Counted from the stretch's first letter, positions 9,272 through 21,393 are shown. The stretch: DNA of 46,620 nucleotides from Candidatus Levyibacteriota bacterium (GCA_027334565.1 DAHWUP010000006.1:1-46620); one strand, 5' to 3'. Numbers and translations: made by a program. Notes: generated by a model from the sequence alone, not told the origin.

Positions 9272-9496
9272 TTAAACCTCAATCGGTTTAGTTTTAATTA
9301 TTCTGGCCCCGGTTGTGCCAACCTTAATTTCTCCTCGAGGATCGTGTATAAAGATAGGAATTTCCTTTCCTTCCCTATCCATTATCCCGTGACCTTCGTT
9401 TAGGGCAATTCTTTCTCCCGGCGCAAGTGTAGCCGCCAACGGCTGTCGTTTTAATGCACCCCTCTTTTGGTATTGTTGTCCTTCAAGTGCTATCAT
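9272..9496 (-). CDS. Small hypothetical protein
   Basis: 74-aa ORF with protein-like composition; -10-like TAAACT 8 nt upstream of ATG. Confidence 0.6.
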   Translation of the reverse strand: MIALEGQQYQKRGALKRQPLAATLAPGERIALNEGHGIMDREGKEIPIFIHDPRGEIKVGTTGARIIKTKPIEV

Positions 9497-9532
9497 ATTG
9501 AATTAGTTTAAAGTAGATCATCAAAACCAGCT

Positions 9533-9602
9533 TGACTATTCGCAGACTCGTTTTTGACAAAAACCTGACACCATTGAATATCTTTCCTGTTCTTACTAAA
9601 AT
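9533..9602 (+). promoter_or_regulatory. Four 11-bp-phased (T/A)GAC(T/A) half-sites followed by a sigma70 promoter
   Basis: TGACT 9533, AGACT 9544, TGACA 9555, TGACA 9566; then TTGAAT 9574-9579, 17 bp, TAAAAT 9597-9602. Confidence 0.6.
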
Positions 9603-9611
9603 AGACAGGTA

Positions 9612-10913
9612 ATGAATCAAAGTTCAATTCTTGGGAATCTCCCCTTAATTTTTAGATACGAGGACGCTAAAGAGTTGGGAAGCCACATAGTTAACCGTCG
9701 TTCAATAGTTCTGATCGGGATCAAAAGGGTCGGTATCGGGAGCTTCCTGAGTTTTTTTATCAACCGGAAGGACGTAATTAAGGCTTATATCCAGGATCCC
9801 GATGATTATCTATTTATTCCTGTTGATATGCACGACCTGATCGAATTAGAGGTTGCCCCTTTTTGGTCACTAACTTTAAAGAGAATTGTCGATGCGGTTG
9901 ACAGCTCAAGGGCAAGAGAAGAAACAAAAAAAGAAATTAGAGAGCTTTTCCTTGAAAGTATTCAGTTACAGAATCTATTCTTTACAATCGACAGCGTGCG
10001 CCGGTCGATTAAAAAAATTATCGATGAAGGCCTTATGCCAACTTTATTTTTCATAAGGTTTGACAGGCTTAAAAACTCGCTGACACCTGAGTTTTTTGCA
10101 AACCTTGAGGGATTAAGAGACTCTACTCATCAGCAACTTACGTATGTGTTTACCAGCTATTTGCCTTTTAGGAGGACGTTTCCTAATATTCTTACACAGG
10201 CCACCCTTTCGGTTTTAAATAAAAATGTATATTTGAAGCCCGCCAAGAAGGAGGACAGGGACTTAATTTTCAGATCGTATAAAAAAAGGTATGAAATAAA
10301 ACTTTCCAACGAGCTGGAAAAATATTTTTTAAATTTGGTCGACGGTCATTTCCAATACCTTCATTTGGGATTAATTTCTTTACATAATCCTCACCGGGAA
10401 ATAATAACGGAAGAAGATTTAAAAAAATATTTGCTTAACGATGAGGGTATCAAATTGCAGTCGGAGGAACTATGGGAATGTTTAAATCAAGATGAACAAA
10501 AAGCGCTGATTAAAATAGTTTCCGAAAAAAACATTGCCAGGGAAGAAAAATTCAAAACAATATATCTATGGAATGTCGGTTTCGTCAAAAGCGAAGGTAA
10601 AAAGTTAAAAATTTTTTCACCACTTTTTTCCTATTACGTTAAGGAGAGAATATTGGATAAATCAAAAGATAGCGGGGCGGAATTCAGCAAAAAGGAACTA
10701 ATATTTTTCGAATACCTTAAAAAAAATTTAAATGAAATTTGTGAAAGAGAAAGAATTATCGAGAATGTATGGTCCGAATCGTCCGAGTTGGGGATTTCCG
10801 ATTGGGCTATAGACAAGCTCGCGGCAAGGGTTAGAACGAAACTGAAAATGCAAAATAACCAATATGAACTTCAAACCGTTAAGACCAGAGGCTTCAAATT
10901 GACCGAGGTCTAG
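9612..10913 (+). CDS. AAA/STAND-like P-loop domain (degenerate Walker A) fused to C-terminal OmpR/PhoB-type winged-helix DNA-binding domain
   Basis: SIVLIGIKRVGIGSFL at the Walker A position; C-terminus FSKKE...ICERERIIENVW...AIDKLAARVRTKL...LQTVKTRGFKL matches the Trans_reg_C pattern. Confidence 0.75.
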   Translation: MNQSSILGNLPLIFRYEDAKELGSHIVNRRSIVLIGIKRVGIGSFLSFFINRKDVIKAYIQDPDDYLFIPVDMHDLIELEVAPFWSLTLKRIVDAVDSSRAREETKKEIRELFLESIQLQNLFFTIDSVRRSIKKIIDEGLMPTLFFIRFDRLKNSLTPEFFANLEGLRDSTHQQLTYVFTSYLPFRRTFPNILTQATLSVLNKNVYLKPAKKEDRDLIFRSYKKRYEIKLSNELEKYFLNLVDGHFQYLHLGLISLHNPHREIITEEDLKKYLLNDEGIKLQSEELWECLNQDEQKALIKIVSEKNIAREEKFKTIYLWNVGFVKSEGKKLKIFSPLFSYYVKERILDKSKDSGAEFSKKELIFFEYLKKNLNEICERERIIENVWSESSELGISDWAIDKLAARVRTKLKMQNNQYELQTVKTRGFKLTEV

Positions 10914-10949
10914 TTGGACGACCCTCGTGGCTTATGTTAGAATAACTTC

Positions 10950-13127
10950 ATGGATAAGGTCTATAACCAAAAAGGGGTTGAGGAAAGAATTTATCGACAA
11001 TGGGAAGAAAGAGGGTATTTTTCACCCAATAAAGATAAAACCGGTAAGGAATATTCAATAATCTTACCACCAACCAACGCCAACGGAGCACTTCATTTCG
11101 GTCATGCGATGTATGTGGTTGAAGATATATTAATTCGTTTTCACCGAATGAAAGGGCTTAACGTCTTGTGGCTTCCCGGAACGGACCATGCCGGAATTGA
11201 AACCCAGTTTGTTTTCGAAAAAAAACTTAAAGAAATAGGAAAATCTAGATTCGATTTTGACAAAGACACTTTATACGAGATGATTAAGCAATATGTTGAT
11301 CAGAATCGTGGAGGGATCGAAAAGCAATTAAGAAGCCTGGGGTTTTCTCTGGACTGGACAAAAGAGAAATACACGCTCGATGAGGATATAGTTAAAATTG
11401 TTTATGATACTTTTAAAAAATTATTCGACGATGGATTGATTTACCGCGCAGAAAAATTGGTTAATTATTGTACTTTTGACGGAACCTCCTTCTCGGACCT
11501 AGAGGTAGTTTATGAGGAAAGGAAAGACCCGTTATATTATATAAAATACGGCCCTTTAGTTTTGGCAACAACCAGGCCCGAAACAAAATTTGGCGATACC
11601 GCTGTAGCCGTAAACCCCGATGATCAACGGTTCCGAAAATATATCGGAAAGGAAATCGAGATTGAAACGGTCTTGGGGAAGACCAACATGAAAGTGATCG
11701 CCGATAAAATGGTGGATATGGGATTTGGAACGGGGGTAGTAAAAATAACACCTGCCCATGATTTTGATGATTATGAAGTTTCTTTAAGACATAACCTGCC
11801 TATGGTGCGAGTCATAAATTATGACGGCACTATGAACGAAAAAGCGGGGAAGTTTAAAGGCATGTATGTTAAGCAAGCCAGAAAAGCAATTGTTGAGGAA
11901 ATGCAAAAAAAAGAGTTAATAGACCACATAGACGAAAACTATGTCCACCGGATCGGACTTTGTTATAAATGTAAAAATCCGATAGAGCCACTGCCATTAG
12001 AACAATGGTTTATAAATATGCAGCCATTAAAAAAAGATGCTGTCGGAGCGGTTAAGAAAGGTTTAATTAAAATTCATCCCAAAAAATTCGAAAAAACTTA
12101 TTACCAGATTATCGATAATTATAAGGATTGGAACATCTCAAGACAAATAGTCTGGGGAATAAAAATTCCCGCCTGGAAATGTAGAGAATGTCAGAAATGG
12201 ACCGTTACTAACGGAGAAGCTCCGGAAAAATGTGCGAACTGCGCATCCAAAAAAATTTTTCAAGATCCGGATACCTTTGACACCTGGTTTTCTTCAGGTC
12301 AGTGGCCCTATGCGACTTTAAAAACGACAAATAGTTTAAAATTTTATCCGACTTCGGTCATGGAGACCGGTTACGATATTTTGCGTGCTTGGGTTGTAAG
12401 GATGACAATGCTCGGTATCTATATTCAAAAGAGACTTGGCGTCGAGAATAAGGAAAAACAAATTCCTTTTCGGAATGTGGTTCTACACGGTTTGGTTAAT
12501 GATCCGTTTGGCAAGAAAATGAGTAAGTCCAAAGGTAATGTGATTAATCCCATTGATCTGGTGGACCAGTATGGAGCGGATGCTGTCAGGTTTGCGCTTG
12601 TTTACGGTACCGCCTTAGGAAACGACCAGTCGCTTTCTTACCCAAAGCTTGATGCAATGCGAAAATTTACCAACAAACTCTGGAACATGGCAAGACTAAT
12701 TGAATTGAAAAGGGCCCAAGCCAAATGGAGCTCAGCTAGCTTCTATGGGTTCGACGATTTAAGAAATCTTAAGCTGAATAAATCTGATAAAGAATGGATT
12801 GAAAAAGTGGAAGCTCTCTCCGAAAACGTAACGAAGCTTATTGATAAATATGATTTTAATCATGCATCACAAAATTTATATGAATTTACCTGGCACCAAT
12901 TTGCCGATATTTACCTTGAAGATGTAAAAAAAAGGATAAACGAAGAATTTAACGCAAGTATTGACCCTGCTTCGATGATTGTACTTGAATCGTTATATTT
13001 GGTCCTGCTTAAATTGTTACATCCGTTTGTGCCATTTGTCACAGAAGAAATTTATAAAAGGTTATGGGGAAAAGATGATTACCTTATTGTCAGTAAATGG
13101 CCTTATGATGAAAAAACCAAAGATTAA
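10950..13127 (+). CDS. valS: Valine--tRNA ligase (short, lacks C-terminal coiled-coil arm)
   Basis: LHFGH, PGTDHAGIETQ, TTRPET, GTGVVKITPAHD, DWNISRQIVWG, DTWFSS, KMSKS. Confidence 0.97.
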   Translation: MDKVYNQKGVEERIYRQWEERGYFSPNKDKTGKEYSIILPPTNANGALHFGHAMYVVEDILIRFHRMKGLNVLWLPGTDHAGIETQFVFEKKLKEIGKSRFDFDKDTLYEMIKQYVDQNRGGIEKQLRSLGFSLDWTKEKYTLDEDIVKIVYDTFKKLFDDGLIYRAEKLVNYCTFDGTSFSDLEVVYEERKDPLYYIKYGPLVLATTRPETKFGDTAVAVNPDDQRFRKYIGKEIEIETVLGKTNMKVIADKMVDMGFGTGVVKITPAHDFDDYEVSLRHNLPMVRVINYDGTMNEKAGKFKGMYVKQARKAIVEEMQKKELIDHIDENYVHRIGLCYKCKNPIEPLPLEQWFINMQPLKKDAVGAVKKGLIKIHPKKFEKTYYQIIDNYKDWNISRQIVWGIKIPAWKCRECQKWTVTNGEAPEKCANCASKKIFQDPDTFDTWFSSGQWPYATLKTTNSLKFYPTSVMETGYDILRAWVVRMTMLGIYIQKRLGVENKEKQIPFRNVVLHGLVNDPFGKKMSKSKGNVINPIDLVDQYGADAVRFALVYGTALGNDQSLSYPKLDAMRKFTNKLWNMARLIELKRAQAKWSSASFYGFDDLRNLKLNKSDKEWIEKVEALSENVTKLIDKYDFNHASQNLYEFTWHQFADIYLEDVKKRINEEFNASIDPASMIVLESLYLVLLKLLHPFVPFVTEEIYKRLWGKDDYLIVSKWPYDEKTKD

Positions 13128-13530
13128 TATTCAGGAATTCCCGAAGATATTCCGAACAATTCCCGAAAACAAATTGTTTAAAAAGGCGCTGAAATCCAAA
13201 ACGTTTAAATATTTGTCGCTGGGATTTATCTCGGTTTTGTGTATATTGCTGGCTTTATCGATAATAATCATTGGAACAGTAGTCTACAGAAATGTAAGTA
13301 TACTAATCCAAACTTCAAATCAAAGAAAGGAAATCAGAGACAAGATAGCTTTTTGGCAATCGGTCGTAGAAAAATACCCGGCGTATAAAGACGCCTATTT
13401 TCAAATAGCGGCTCTGGAGTATCGGCTTGGGGACTTTGAAAATGCAAGACAAGCTAACAATAAAGCATTGCTGCTTGACCCGAGTTTTAAAAATGCAGAG
13501 GAATTGGAGAGTTTGTTAAATGGCAATTAG
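13105..13530 (+). CDS. Membrane-anchored TPR-containing protein
   Basis: Start placed at MMKKPK (13105); TM helix, then YPAYKDAYFQIAALEYRLGDFENARQANNKALLLDP TPR. Confidence 0.75.
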   Translation: MMKKPKINIQEFPKIFRTIPENKLFKKALKSKTFKYLSLGFISVLCILLALSIIIIGTVVYRNVSILIQTSNQRKEIRDKIAFWQSVVEKYPAYKDAYFQIAALEYRLGDFENARQANNKALLLDPSFKNAEELESLLNGN

Positions 13531-14261
13531 GACTTTGCGGCGTCCACCGGTTGTTTAGAAGCTTCCGGCTGTGTTGCTGCACCTTCTGGCTGAGAAGCTT
13601 GCGCTTCGGTTGTTTCGCCTTCGGCACCTTCGACAGCCACTTCTCCGGCTTCAGCTTTGGCTGCTTCCGCTGCCTCTTTTTCCGCCGCTGCCTCTTCTTG
13701 AGCCTCCTTGGTTATCAGTTCGGCAATTTTTGAGACCACTTGCTCTTTATCGGTTAACACTTCAACCCCCGCAGGAACTTTAAGGTCGGCGACAGTTATT
13801 TGTTCGTCAATATTGGATAGACGTTCGACATTTACTTCTATTTTTTCCGGTAATTCCTCGGGAAGTGCTTCAACTTCAATTTCCGACAAGATGTTCATTA
13901 AAAGCCCTACTTTATCTATAACCGCTTTCGGTTCGCCTACGATTTCCAGGGGAACAGCCGCTTTAACTTTTTCTTTAAGATTAACGGCATAAAAGTCCGT
14001 ATGCAGAATTTGATTCCTGAAGTTTTTGTTTACGTTTTGGATTAGGACCGGAATGATTTGTTCCCCGATTGTTAAATCAACGAGTCCGGTTTCCCCGACC
14101 TCAGCGTAAACTTTTAAAAACTCGTCCTGTTTTGTTTGAACGGATTGTGACTTGATCGTTTTCCCATAGACGTTTCCGGGAATAATCCCCTCGCGCCTTA
14201 ATTTTTTAACTTTTTTGCCTAAAACCTTTCTTTTTTCCGCCAAAAGCTTGGTGTGTTTCAT
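13527..14261 (-). CDS. rplY: 50S ribosomal protein L25/Ctc
   Basis: LRREGIIPGNVYG, ILHTDFYAV, LPEKIEVNV, acidic Ala/Glu tail. Confidence 0.96.
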   Translation of the reverse strand: MKHTKLLAEKRKVLGKKVKKLRREGIIPGNVYGKTIKSQSVQTKQDEFLKVYAEVGETGLVDLTIGEQIIPVLIQNVNKNFRNQILHTDFYAVNLKEKVKAAVPLEIVGEPKAVIDKVGLLMNILSEIEVEALPEELPEKIEVNVERLSNIDEQITVADLKVPAGVEVLTDKEQVVSKIAELITKEAQEEAAAEKEAAEAAKAEAGEVAVEGAEGETTEAQASQPEGAATQPEASKQPVDAAKS

Positions 14262-14316
14262 AAGATGATATTTTATCCTAAAATGACTTTAAACTCAAGT
14301 GTGATATTATTGGGAT

Positions 14317-14805
14317 ATGAAAATTTTAGGGATTGATCCGGGAATAGGAAGATGCGGATGGGGAATGGTCGAAAGCGAGAAGGGTAAGGCAAAGATAATA
14401 AATTGCGGTTGTATCGAAACGCCCAGCAAGTCTGAAATACCGCAAAGATTAATCACGGTTTACGAAGAGATATTAAAGATCATTGGAAATTATTCCCCTG
14501 ACGGTATGGCAATCGAAGAACTCTTTTTCAACACTAATGCCAAAACAGCTTTTGCGGTCGGTCAAGCAAGAGGGGTAGTATTGTTGGCGGCTGCGAAAAA
14601 TAAATTACCTATTTTTATTTATACGCCTCTTCAGGTAAAAATAGCACTTACCGGCTATGGTCGGGCGGAAAAAAATCAAGTGGGTCAGATGGTAAGAATT
14701 TTATTGAATTTAAAATCGGTACCCAAACCGGATGATGCCGCAGATGCCTTGGCAATTGCCTTAACCCATGTTTTTTCCAATAAATATAGGAAAATCGTTG
14801 ACTAG
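14317..14805 (+). CDS. ruvC: Holliday junction resolvase RuvC
   Basis: ILGIDPG, AIEELFF, GQARGV, GYGRAEKNQV, DDAADALAIA. Confidence 0.98.
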   Translation: MKILGIDPGIGRCGWGMVESEKGKAKIINCGCIETPSKSEIPQRLITVYEEILKIIGNYSPDGMAIEELFFNTNAKTAFAVGQARGVVLLAAAKNKLPIFIYTPLQVKIALTGYGRAEKNQVGQMVRILLNLKSVPKPDDAADALAIALTHVFSNKYRKIVD

Positions 14806-14830
14806 CTTTGTGCTATAATCTAAGCACTTT

Positions 14831-15409
14831 ATGATCGGGTTTCTAAATGGCGAGATTGAGCTTTTGTTAAGACCGCATGTTATTGTTAACGTTGGAGGGA
14901 TAGGCTATAAGGTTCTCGTTCCTGAAAATGTATATTCCAATTTTAAGCCCGGAGATAAAGTGAAATTATTTATCTATACTTACGTCAGGGAAGATGAAAT
15001 TTCGCTTTTCGGTTTTATTAAACCTGAGGATTTAAGATTATTTGAGAATTTGTTACTTGTTTCTGGCATCGGACCCAAGACCGCACTAAATATTTTCTCA
15101 TTCGGCACGAGGGCGGATATTGAAAATGCGATTATCAAAGGTGATGTTACGTTTTTCACATCTGTCCCGCGCCTTGGGACGAAAAATGCGCAGAAGATAA
15201 TTATCGAATTAAAAAACAAAATGGGAGGCTTGGCTGCCCTGGATCTTTCCGGAAAGGACTTTGAGCAAAATAAAGAAGTGGTCGAAGCTTTGAAAGCCTT
15301 CGGGTTTTCGGCAAGCGAATCGCATAAAGCGCTTAGGGAAATTAAGCAACAGGATCTTTCAACGGAAGAAAAAATACGGTTAGCGTTAAAGTCGCTGGGT
15401 AAACAATGA
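14831..15409 (+). CDS. ruvA: Holliday junction branch migration protein RuvA
   Basis: [45 protein letters not shown]. Confidence 0.98.
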   Translation: MIGFLNGEIELLLRPHVIVNVGGIGYKVLVPENVYSNFKPGDKVKLFIYTYVREDEISLFGFIKPEDLRLFENLLLVSGIGPKTALNIFSFGTRADIENAIIKGDVTFFTSVPRLGTKNAQKIIIELKNKMGGLAALDLSGKDFEQNKEVVEALKAFGFSASESHKALREIKQQDLSTEEKIRLALKSLGKQ

Positions 15410-16437
15410 ACAAGAAATCAAAAAATCCGGAGCTAGAAACAGAAACCCCCGAAGAGGAAGTATTATTCACCTCACTTAGAGTGACCGATTGGAATGAATT
15501 TTACGGTCAAAAAAATGTTAAAGAGTCTTTGAGGATTGCAATTGCCGCCGCCAAAAAAAGGAAAGAACCGATTGAACATATCCTGCTTTACGGACCACCG
15601 GGATTGGGCAAAACAACGCTTTCGCATCTTGTAGCTAAAGAAATGGGGGTTAATATCCGGGTAACCTCCGGGCCGGCAATCGAGAGGGCCGGAGATTTGG
15701 CGTCAATCCTTACTAACCTTGAAAAAGGTGACATTTTGTTTATCGACGAAATCCACCGTCTTAATAAAGTCGTCGAAGAGACTTTGTATCCTGCTATGGA
15801 AGATTTCGCTTTGGATATCGTTATCGGTAAGGGCCCAAGTGCCAGAACCGTTCGATTAGACCTGTCACCGTTTACGATTATCGGCGCAACCACTAGAATC
15901 GGATTATTGTCTGCGCCGCTTCGGGATAGATTCGGGGTTGTCCACAGATTATCTTTCTACGAACCGAAAGTGCTCGAGGAAATTTTGGAAAAGGCGGCAA
16001 TTAAACTAAAAGTCGGAGTTGATAAACCTTCAATTATAGAAATAGCCAAAAGAGCCAGGGGTACACCCAGAGTGGCACTAAAACTTTTAAAACGGACCAG
16101 AGATTTTGTTCAGGTTAAGGCAGACGGGAAGTTAAATAAAGAAGTCACCAAGCAGGCACTCAATTTGCTTGAGGTCGATGAGGTAGGGCTTGATTCGTCA
16201 GACATAAGATACCTTCGTGCAATTATTGAAAAGTATAACGGAGGACCGGTAGGCATAGAAACAATCGCTTCGACCATCGCCGAGGACATCGGTACAATCG
16301 AAGAAGTTATCGAGCCTTATTTGATGCAAATAGGTTTCATTAAAAAAACTACCAGGGGAAGGATGGTTACAACGTTTGCATATCTACATCTTGGGATAGA
16401 ACTCCCAAAATCTTCCTCACAAACAAAGCTTATTTAG
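15406..16437 (+). CDS. ruvB: Holliday junction helicase RuvB
   Basis: [45 protein letters not shown]. Confidence 0.99.
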   Translation: MNKKSKNPELETETPEEEVLFTSLRVTDWNEFYGQKNVKESLRIAIAAAKKRKEPIEHILLYGPPGLGKTTLSHLVAKEMGVNIRVTSGPAIERAGDLASILTNLEKGDILFIDEIHRLNKVVEETLYPAMEDFALDIVIGKGPSARTVRLDLSPFTIIGATTRIGLLSAPLRDRFGVVHRLSFYEPKVLEEILEKAAIKLKVGVDKPSIIEIAKRARGTPRVALKLLKRTRDFVQVKADGKLNKEVTKQALNLLEVDEVGLDSSDIRYLRAIIEKYNGGPVGIETIASTIAEDIGTIEEVIEPYLMQIGFIKKTTRGRMVTTFAYLHLGIELPKSSSQTKLI

Positions 16438-16476
16438 ATTTGACACAAAACAATTTTAATGGTAAGCTCTTCGCTT

Positions 16477-16857
16477 ATGGAAAGAAAATTAAATAGGTCA
16501 AGCTGGGCATATTTGGAAAAAAACGGAAATGTGACCTTGTTGCATGTAAAAAAAGGCGTTATAAGGGAAGAAGCATTACAAACAGGGCCTGTTGCAGCAG
16601 AGGAGGCTTTAAGGGCTCAAGAAAATGACGCGGACTTAAAACATTTAACCTTAAACCATGCAGTGGTGCCAACTTTACTATTGACGGCAGTGGGTGTTGC
16701 CGCGGGACATGTAGAAGGTTCAGGCAGAAATAAATTGGTCCGCGGAGCGGTAGGTTTGGCCGCAACCGGAGTTATATTTGCAGGAAGTAGATATTTTAAA
16801 GATAAAGTGGGCCAGATTGTTAATAAAAGAATGGCAATAGAAGAATTAACTACCTAA
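16477..16857 (+). CDS. Hypothetical protein with two C-terminal hydrophobic helices
   Basis: ORF 16459..16857; start chosen at ATG 16477, preceded by TTGACA-17bp-TAAGCT and an 8-nt spacer. Confidence 0.65.
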   Translation: MERKLNRSSWAYLEKNGNVTLLHVKKGVIREEALQTGPVAAEEALRAQENDADLKHLTLNHAVVPTLLLTAVGVAAGHVEGSGRNKLVRGAVGLAATGVIFAGSRYFKDKVGQIVNKRMAIEELTT

Positions 16858-17509
16858 GCTCTTCCATAATTACAACCTTTGAATTCGTAACGAGTTTTTT
16901 AAAGTTTTCTTCAACCTCCGGATACCTATCTCCGACATTCCTTCTGTAGTGCATTGGTACAGTTATTTTTGCACATATTTCGTTTGCAGCTCGAGCCGCT
17001 TCCGTCTCGTCCATGGTGTAATGGCCACCGATAGGAAGCATTGCGATATCCAGGTTTAAGCGTTTAAGACTTTTCATCTCATCGATAAAATCCGTATCGC
17101 CGGCATGATAAACCGTTTTACCATTCAGGTCGAAAATATACCCGACCCAATTATTTGTTTTGGGATGAAACGCGAGCCTTTCGGGACGGTTGTTGTAAGC
17201 AGGAACGGTGGAAAACCTAAAACCTTTAACTTCGTAACTTTTATCCGGTTCAGCGTTTACCCTCCTTCCTTCTTCAATGTCAATACCAGCCAGGATATCG
17301 GGTGGGGCTATAACGATGGTATCTTGTTTGATTAGTTCTTCGATATCTTGGGGAGAAAAATGGTCGGGATGCGCATGGGTAATAAAAATCAAATCCGCCT
17401 TATCCTTAGCCCTGTTTCGCAGTTGAAACGGGTCGATAAAATATATGCCGTTGCCGTTTTTATCGACAAAATAAAAACTTGCATGACCAAACCACTTAAT
17501 ATTTTCCAT
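16850..17509 (-). CDS. MBL-fold metallo-hydrolase (UlaG/UPF0173-like)
   Basis: WFGHASF, IDPF, ITHAHPDH, YHAGDTD, LPIGGHYTMD, VPMHY. Confidence 0.92.
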   Translation of the reverse strand: MENIKWFGHASFYFVDKNGNGIYFIDPFQLRNRAKDKADLIFITHAHPDHFSPQDIEELIKQDTIVIAPPDILAGIDIEEGRRVNAEPDKSYEVKGFRFSTVPAYNNRPERLAFHPKTNNWVGYIFDLNGKTVYHAGDTDFIDEMKSLKRLNLDIAMLPIGGHYTMDETEAARAANEICAKITVPMHYRRNVGDRYPEVEENFKKLVTNSKVVIMEELR

Positions 17510-17563
17510 AGACATATTATATCAATAACGTAAAGTGGGTCTGTAATCAGGTTAACAAAACCT

Positions 17564-17830
17564 CTAGGAACCAGGAGTTTTATCGATTTGAAAAATACCA
17601 TGATCGGTTACCAAATAAACACCCGGTTTTAGAAAAGGACGTCTTTCTTCGTGGAGAATCCGTTTGATTTCATCGGGCGCTGCTTCGCTTGTATATCCCC
17701 CGAATTGATTTGGTTGGGGCGTCGGAACAACATGCGATTTGGGGGCATATTTGGAGCCCGGAACTTGCCAGCCAAAAATTCTCTCTCGATGATCCAAACT
17801 ATCGTCCGATTCTCTGTCTCTCTCCGACAT
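17564..17830 (-). CDS. Small hypothetical protein
   Basis: 88-aa ORF, same strand as neighbours; TACACT -10-like box 8 nt upstream of ATG. Confidence 0.55.
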   Translation of the reverse strand: MSERDRESDDSLDHRERIFGWQVPGSKYAPKSHVVPTPQPNQFGGYTSEAAPDEIKRILHEERRPFLKPGVYLVTDHGIFQIDKTPGS

Positions 17831-17864
17831 TCAACCACAGTGTAAAAATTTTTTATAGTAAATG

Positions 17865-18741
17865 TCAATAGGTAATATCGGTTTCGTGACGATACTGGAG
17901 GCTTTTGGCGATATGATTAGGTTTTATTTCTTGCGGCCCTTCCAAGTCGGCGATGATTCGGGATAATTTGATAACTCTAGTAAGATCTGGCGGAAAGCCG
18001 CATTCTTAACACCGCTGATTTTAAAAGAGTAAGACAGTCATCTGATAATTGGCAAAAGGTTTTAATATCCCTGTTGGTCATTTCGGTATTTGACTTAATC
18101 TCGGATTGCTTATATCTTTTGATTTGTATGCTTCGCGCCAGCTCCGTTCTTTTTCCAATTACTTGCAGACTTTCATTCCGATTGTTATCTCCTGCGGTAA
18201 GTTTTTCTACTTTAACAGCAGTAACGTCAAGATGTATATCGATCCTATCAAGCATCGGCCCGGAAACTCTTTTTTGATATCTAAGAATTTGAGCGGCGTT
18301 GCAACGGCATTCGTGTGTCGTATCGCCGAGATATCCGCAGGGACAGGGATTTCGAGCCGTAAATAAAATAAATTTTGAGGGAAAAATCAATTTTCCGTTG
18401 GCACGGGAAATTACCACAAACCCGTCTTTCATCGGTTGTCTTAAGGCTTCTGGGACATGTCTTGGGAATTCCGGGAATTCAACCAAAAATAAAACTCCGC
18501 GATGCGCTAATTAGACCTCTCCGGGCTTAGGGTTTGCGCCTTTGCCGATAAGACCGATATGTGAAGCATCATGATGCGGACTTCTAAACAACCTTTTGGT
18601 AAATACGGGTTTATTATCCAAAAGACCCGAGATGCTGTATATCCTGTTTACTTCGAAGGCTTCGTCCAAAGTTAGTTTTGGTACGATGGTTGGGAAGGTT
18701 CTAACCAGAAGTGTCTCATCGTCCACAGGTGATCCTTACAT
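17865..18741 (-). pseudogene. comM: ComM/YifB (Mg-chelatase-like ATPase) pseudogene, N-terminal half missing
   Basis: Reads M*GSPVDDETLLVRT (eroded GPPGxGKT)...FRSPHH...KPGEV*LAHRGVLFLVEFPEF (in-frame TAA at 18513-18511; Walker B D>V)...NPCPCG...SGPMLDRID...LSARSY, then frameshift near 17978 into RVIKLSRIIADLEG...HIAKSLQYR, stop at 17865. Confidence 0.9.
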
Positions 18742-18743
18742 TT

Positions 18744-20108
18744 TTAGCTTTTGCCAACTAGTTTCGGAGCAATCCCGACATACCGTTGTGGAGAGAGTTC
18801 AAGTAAGTTTTGTTTGTCGGTTTCGGGTATTTTTAGAGAATTAACGAGCTCCTTCCAATCTTTCTTATCGAATTTTTGGCCTTTGGAAATTAAAGCGACA
18901 ACTTCATAAGCATTATGAAAATTTTTACTCCTTAAAATTGTTTGTAATGCTTCCGATAAGATTGCCCAGTTCTCATATAACTTTTCATCAGTTTTTTGTG
19001 TATCTATGTCGATTTTTCTTATTCCCGATAAAACATTTTTATAAGACAGGAGACAATATGCCAAAGCCGTCCCCAGGTTTCTAATAATCGTACTGTTTGA
19101 AAGGTCTCGCTGTAGTCTCGAGACATATAGTTTGTCAATCATCGCCTGTGTCAATCCGTTAGCAATACACAAATTTCCTTCGGAATTTTCAAAATCTATC
19201 GGATTTAATTTTTGCGGCATTGTAGAGGAACCAACTTCCTTATCAGAGACTTTATATTTTAGCCAACCGTCGCTGATATATCTCCAAACATCTTGGTTAA
19301 AATCCAACAAAATCCCGTTTATCCTTTGCAAGATTTGAAACAAAGCAATTACGTCCTCATACGGATTTATTTGGGTGGTGATCAGGTTAGGAGTTAAGCC
19401 GAATGACGACACGAATTCTTTTGAAAACTTTATCCAATCCACTCCGGGATAAACGAAATGAACAGCATTAAAATTACCCACCGCACCGTTTAACTTTCCG
19501 GTTAATTTTTGTTTTGTTAAGTTTTTAAGCTCTTTCTTCAGCCTTGACGCAAATACCGCGAATTCCTTGCCAAAGGTTGTAGGTACCGCCGGCTGACCGT
19601 GAGTTCGCCCGAGGATCACGGTCCGTTTGTGTTTTTTAGAGAATTCATCAAGTTCATCTATGATAGCTTTAAGTATAGGAACCATAACTTCAGAAACAGA
19701 TTTTTTCAGCATCAACCTGTAAGCGATGTTATTAACGTCATCCGAGGTAAGACCGAAATGGTAAAATTCTAAAATGTCTTTTAGCGAGGTTTTTGATAGT
19801 TTTTTTCTGGTAAAAATTTCAAGAGATCTAACGTCGTTAACGATGTCTTCTTCGATTTTTTTCACTTTGATTGCGTTGGAAAGGCTAAAATCGGATGCAA
19901 GATCGAGCAGATACCCCTGTTCCACATTCGTTAAGGGCCTGGTAATCTTAGATTTGGAAAGAGCAGCAAGATAACTGATTTCGATCTTAAGCCTCAACTT
20001 AATTAAGGCAAATTCCGAGACGAATTCCGAAAGTTCCAGGACCTTCTGCTTGTACCTTCCGTCAATGGTGGTAATAGAGGTTAATTCTTCCCCGATATTG
20101 TGTTTCAT
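18744..20108 (-). CDS. purB: Adenylosuccinate lyase
   Basis: IDGRY, HFGLTSDDVNN, GRTHGQPAVPTTFGKE, GSSTMPQKLNPIDFENSEGN, SRLQRDLS. Confidence 0.96.
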   Translation of the reverse strand: MKHNIGEELTSITTIDGRYKQKVLELSEFVSEFALIKLRLKIEISYLAALSKSKITRPLTNVEQGYLLDLASDFSLSNAIKVKKIEEDIVNDVRSLEIFTRKKLSKTSLKDILEFYHFGLTSDDVNNIAYRLMLKKSVSEVMVPILKAIIDELDEFSKKHKRTVILGRTHGQPAVPTTFGKEFAVFASRLKKELKNLTKQKLTGKLNGAVGNFNAVHFVYPGVDWIKFSKEFVSSFGLTPNLITTQINPYEDVIALFQILQRINGILLDFNQDVWRYISDGWLKYKVSDKEVGSSTMPQKLNPIDFENSEGNLCIANGLTQAMIDKLYVSRLQRDLSNSTIIRNLGTALAYCLLSYKNVLSGIRKIDIDTQKTDEKLYENWAILSEALQTILRSKNFHNAYEVVALISKGQKFDKKDWKELVNSLKIPETDKQNLLELSPQRYVGIAPKLVGKS

Positions 20109-20109
20109 T

Positions 20110-21393
<1,284 letters not shown>

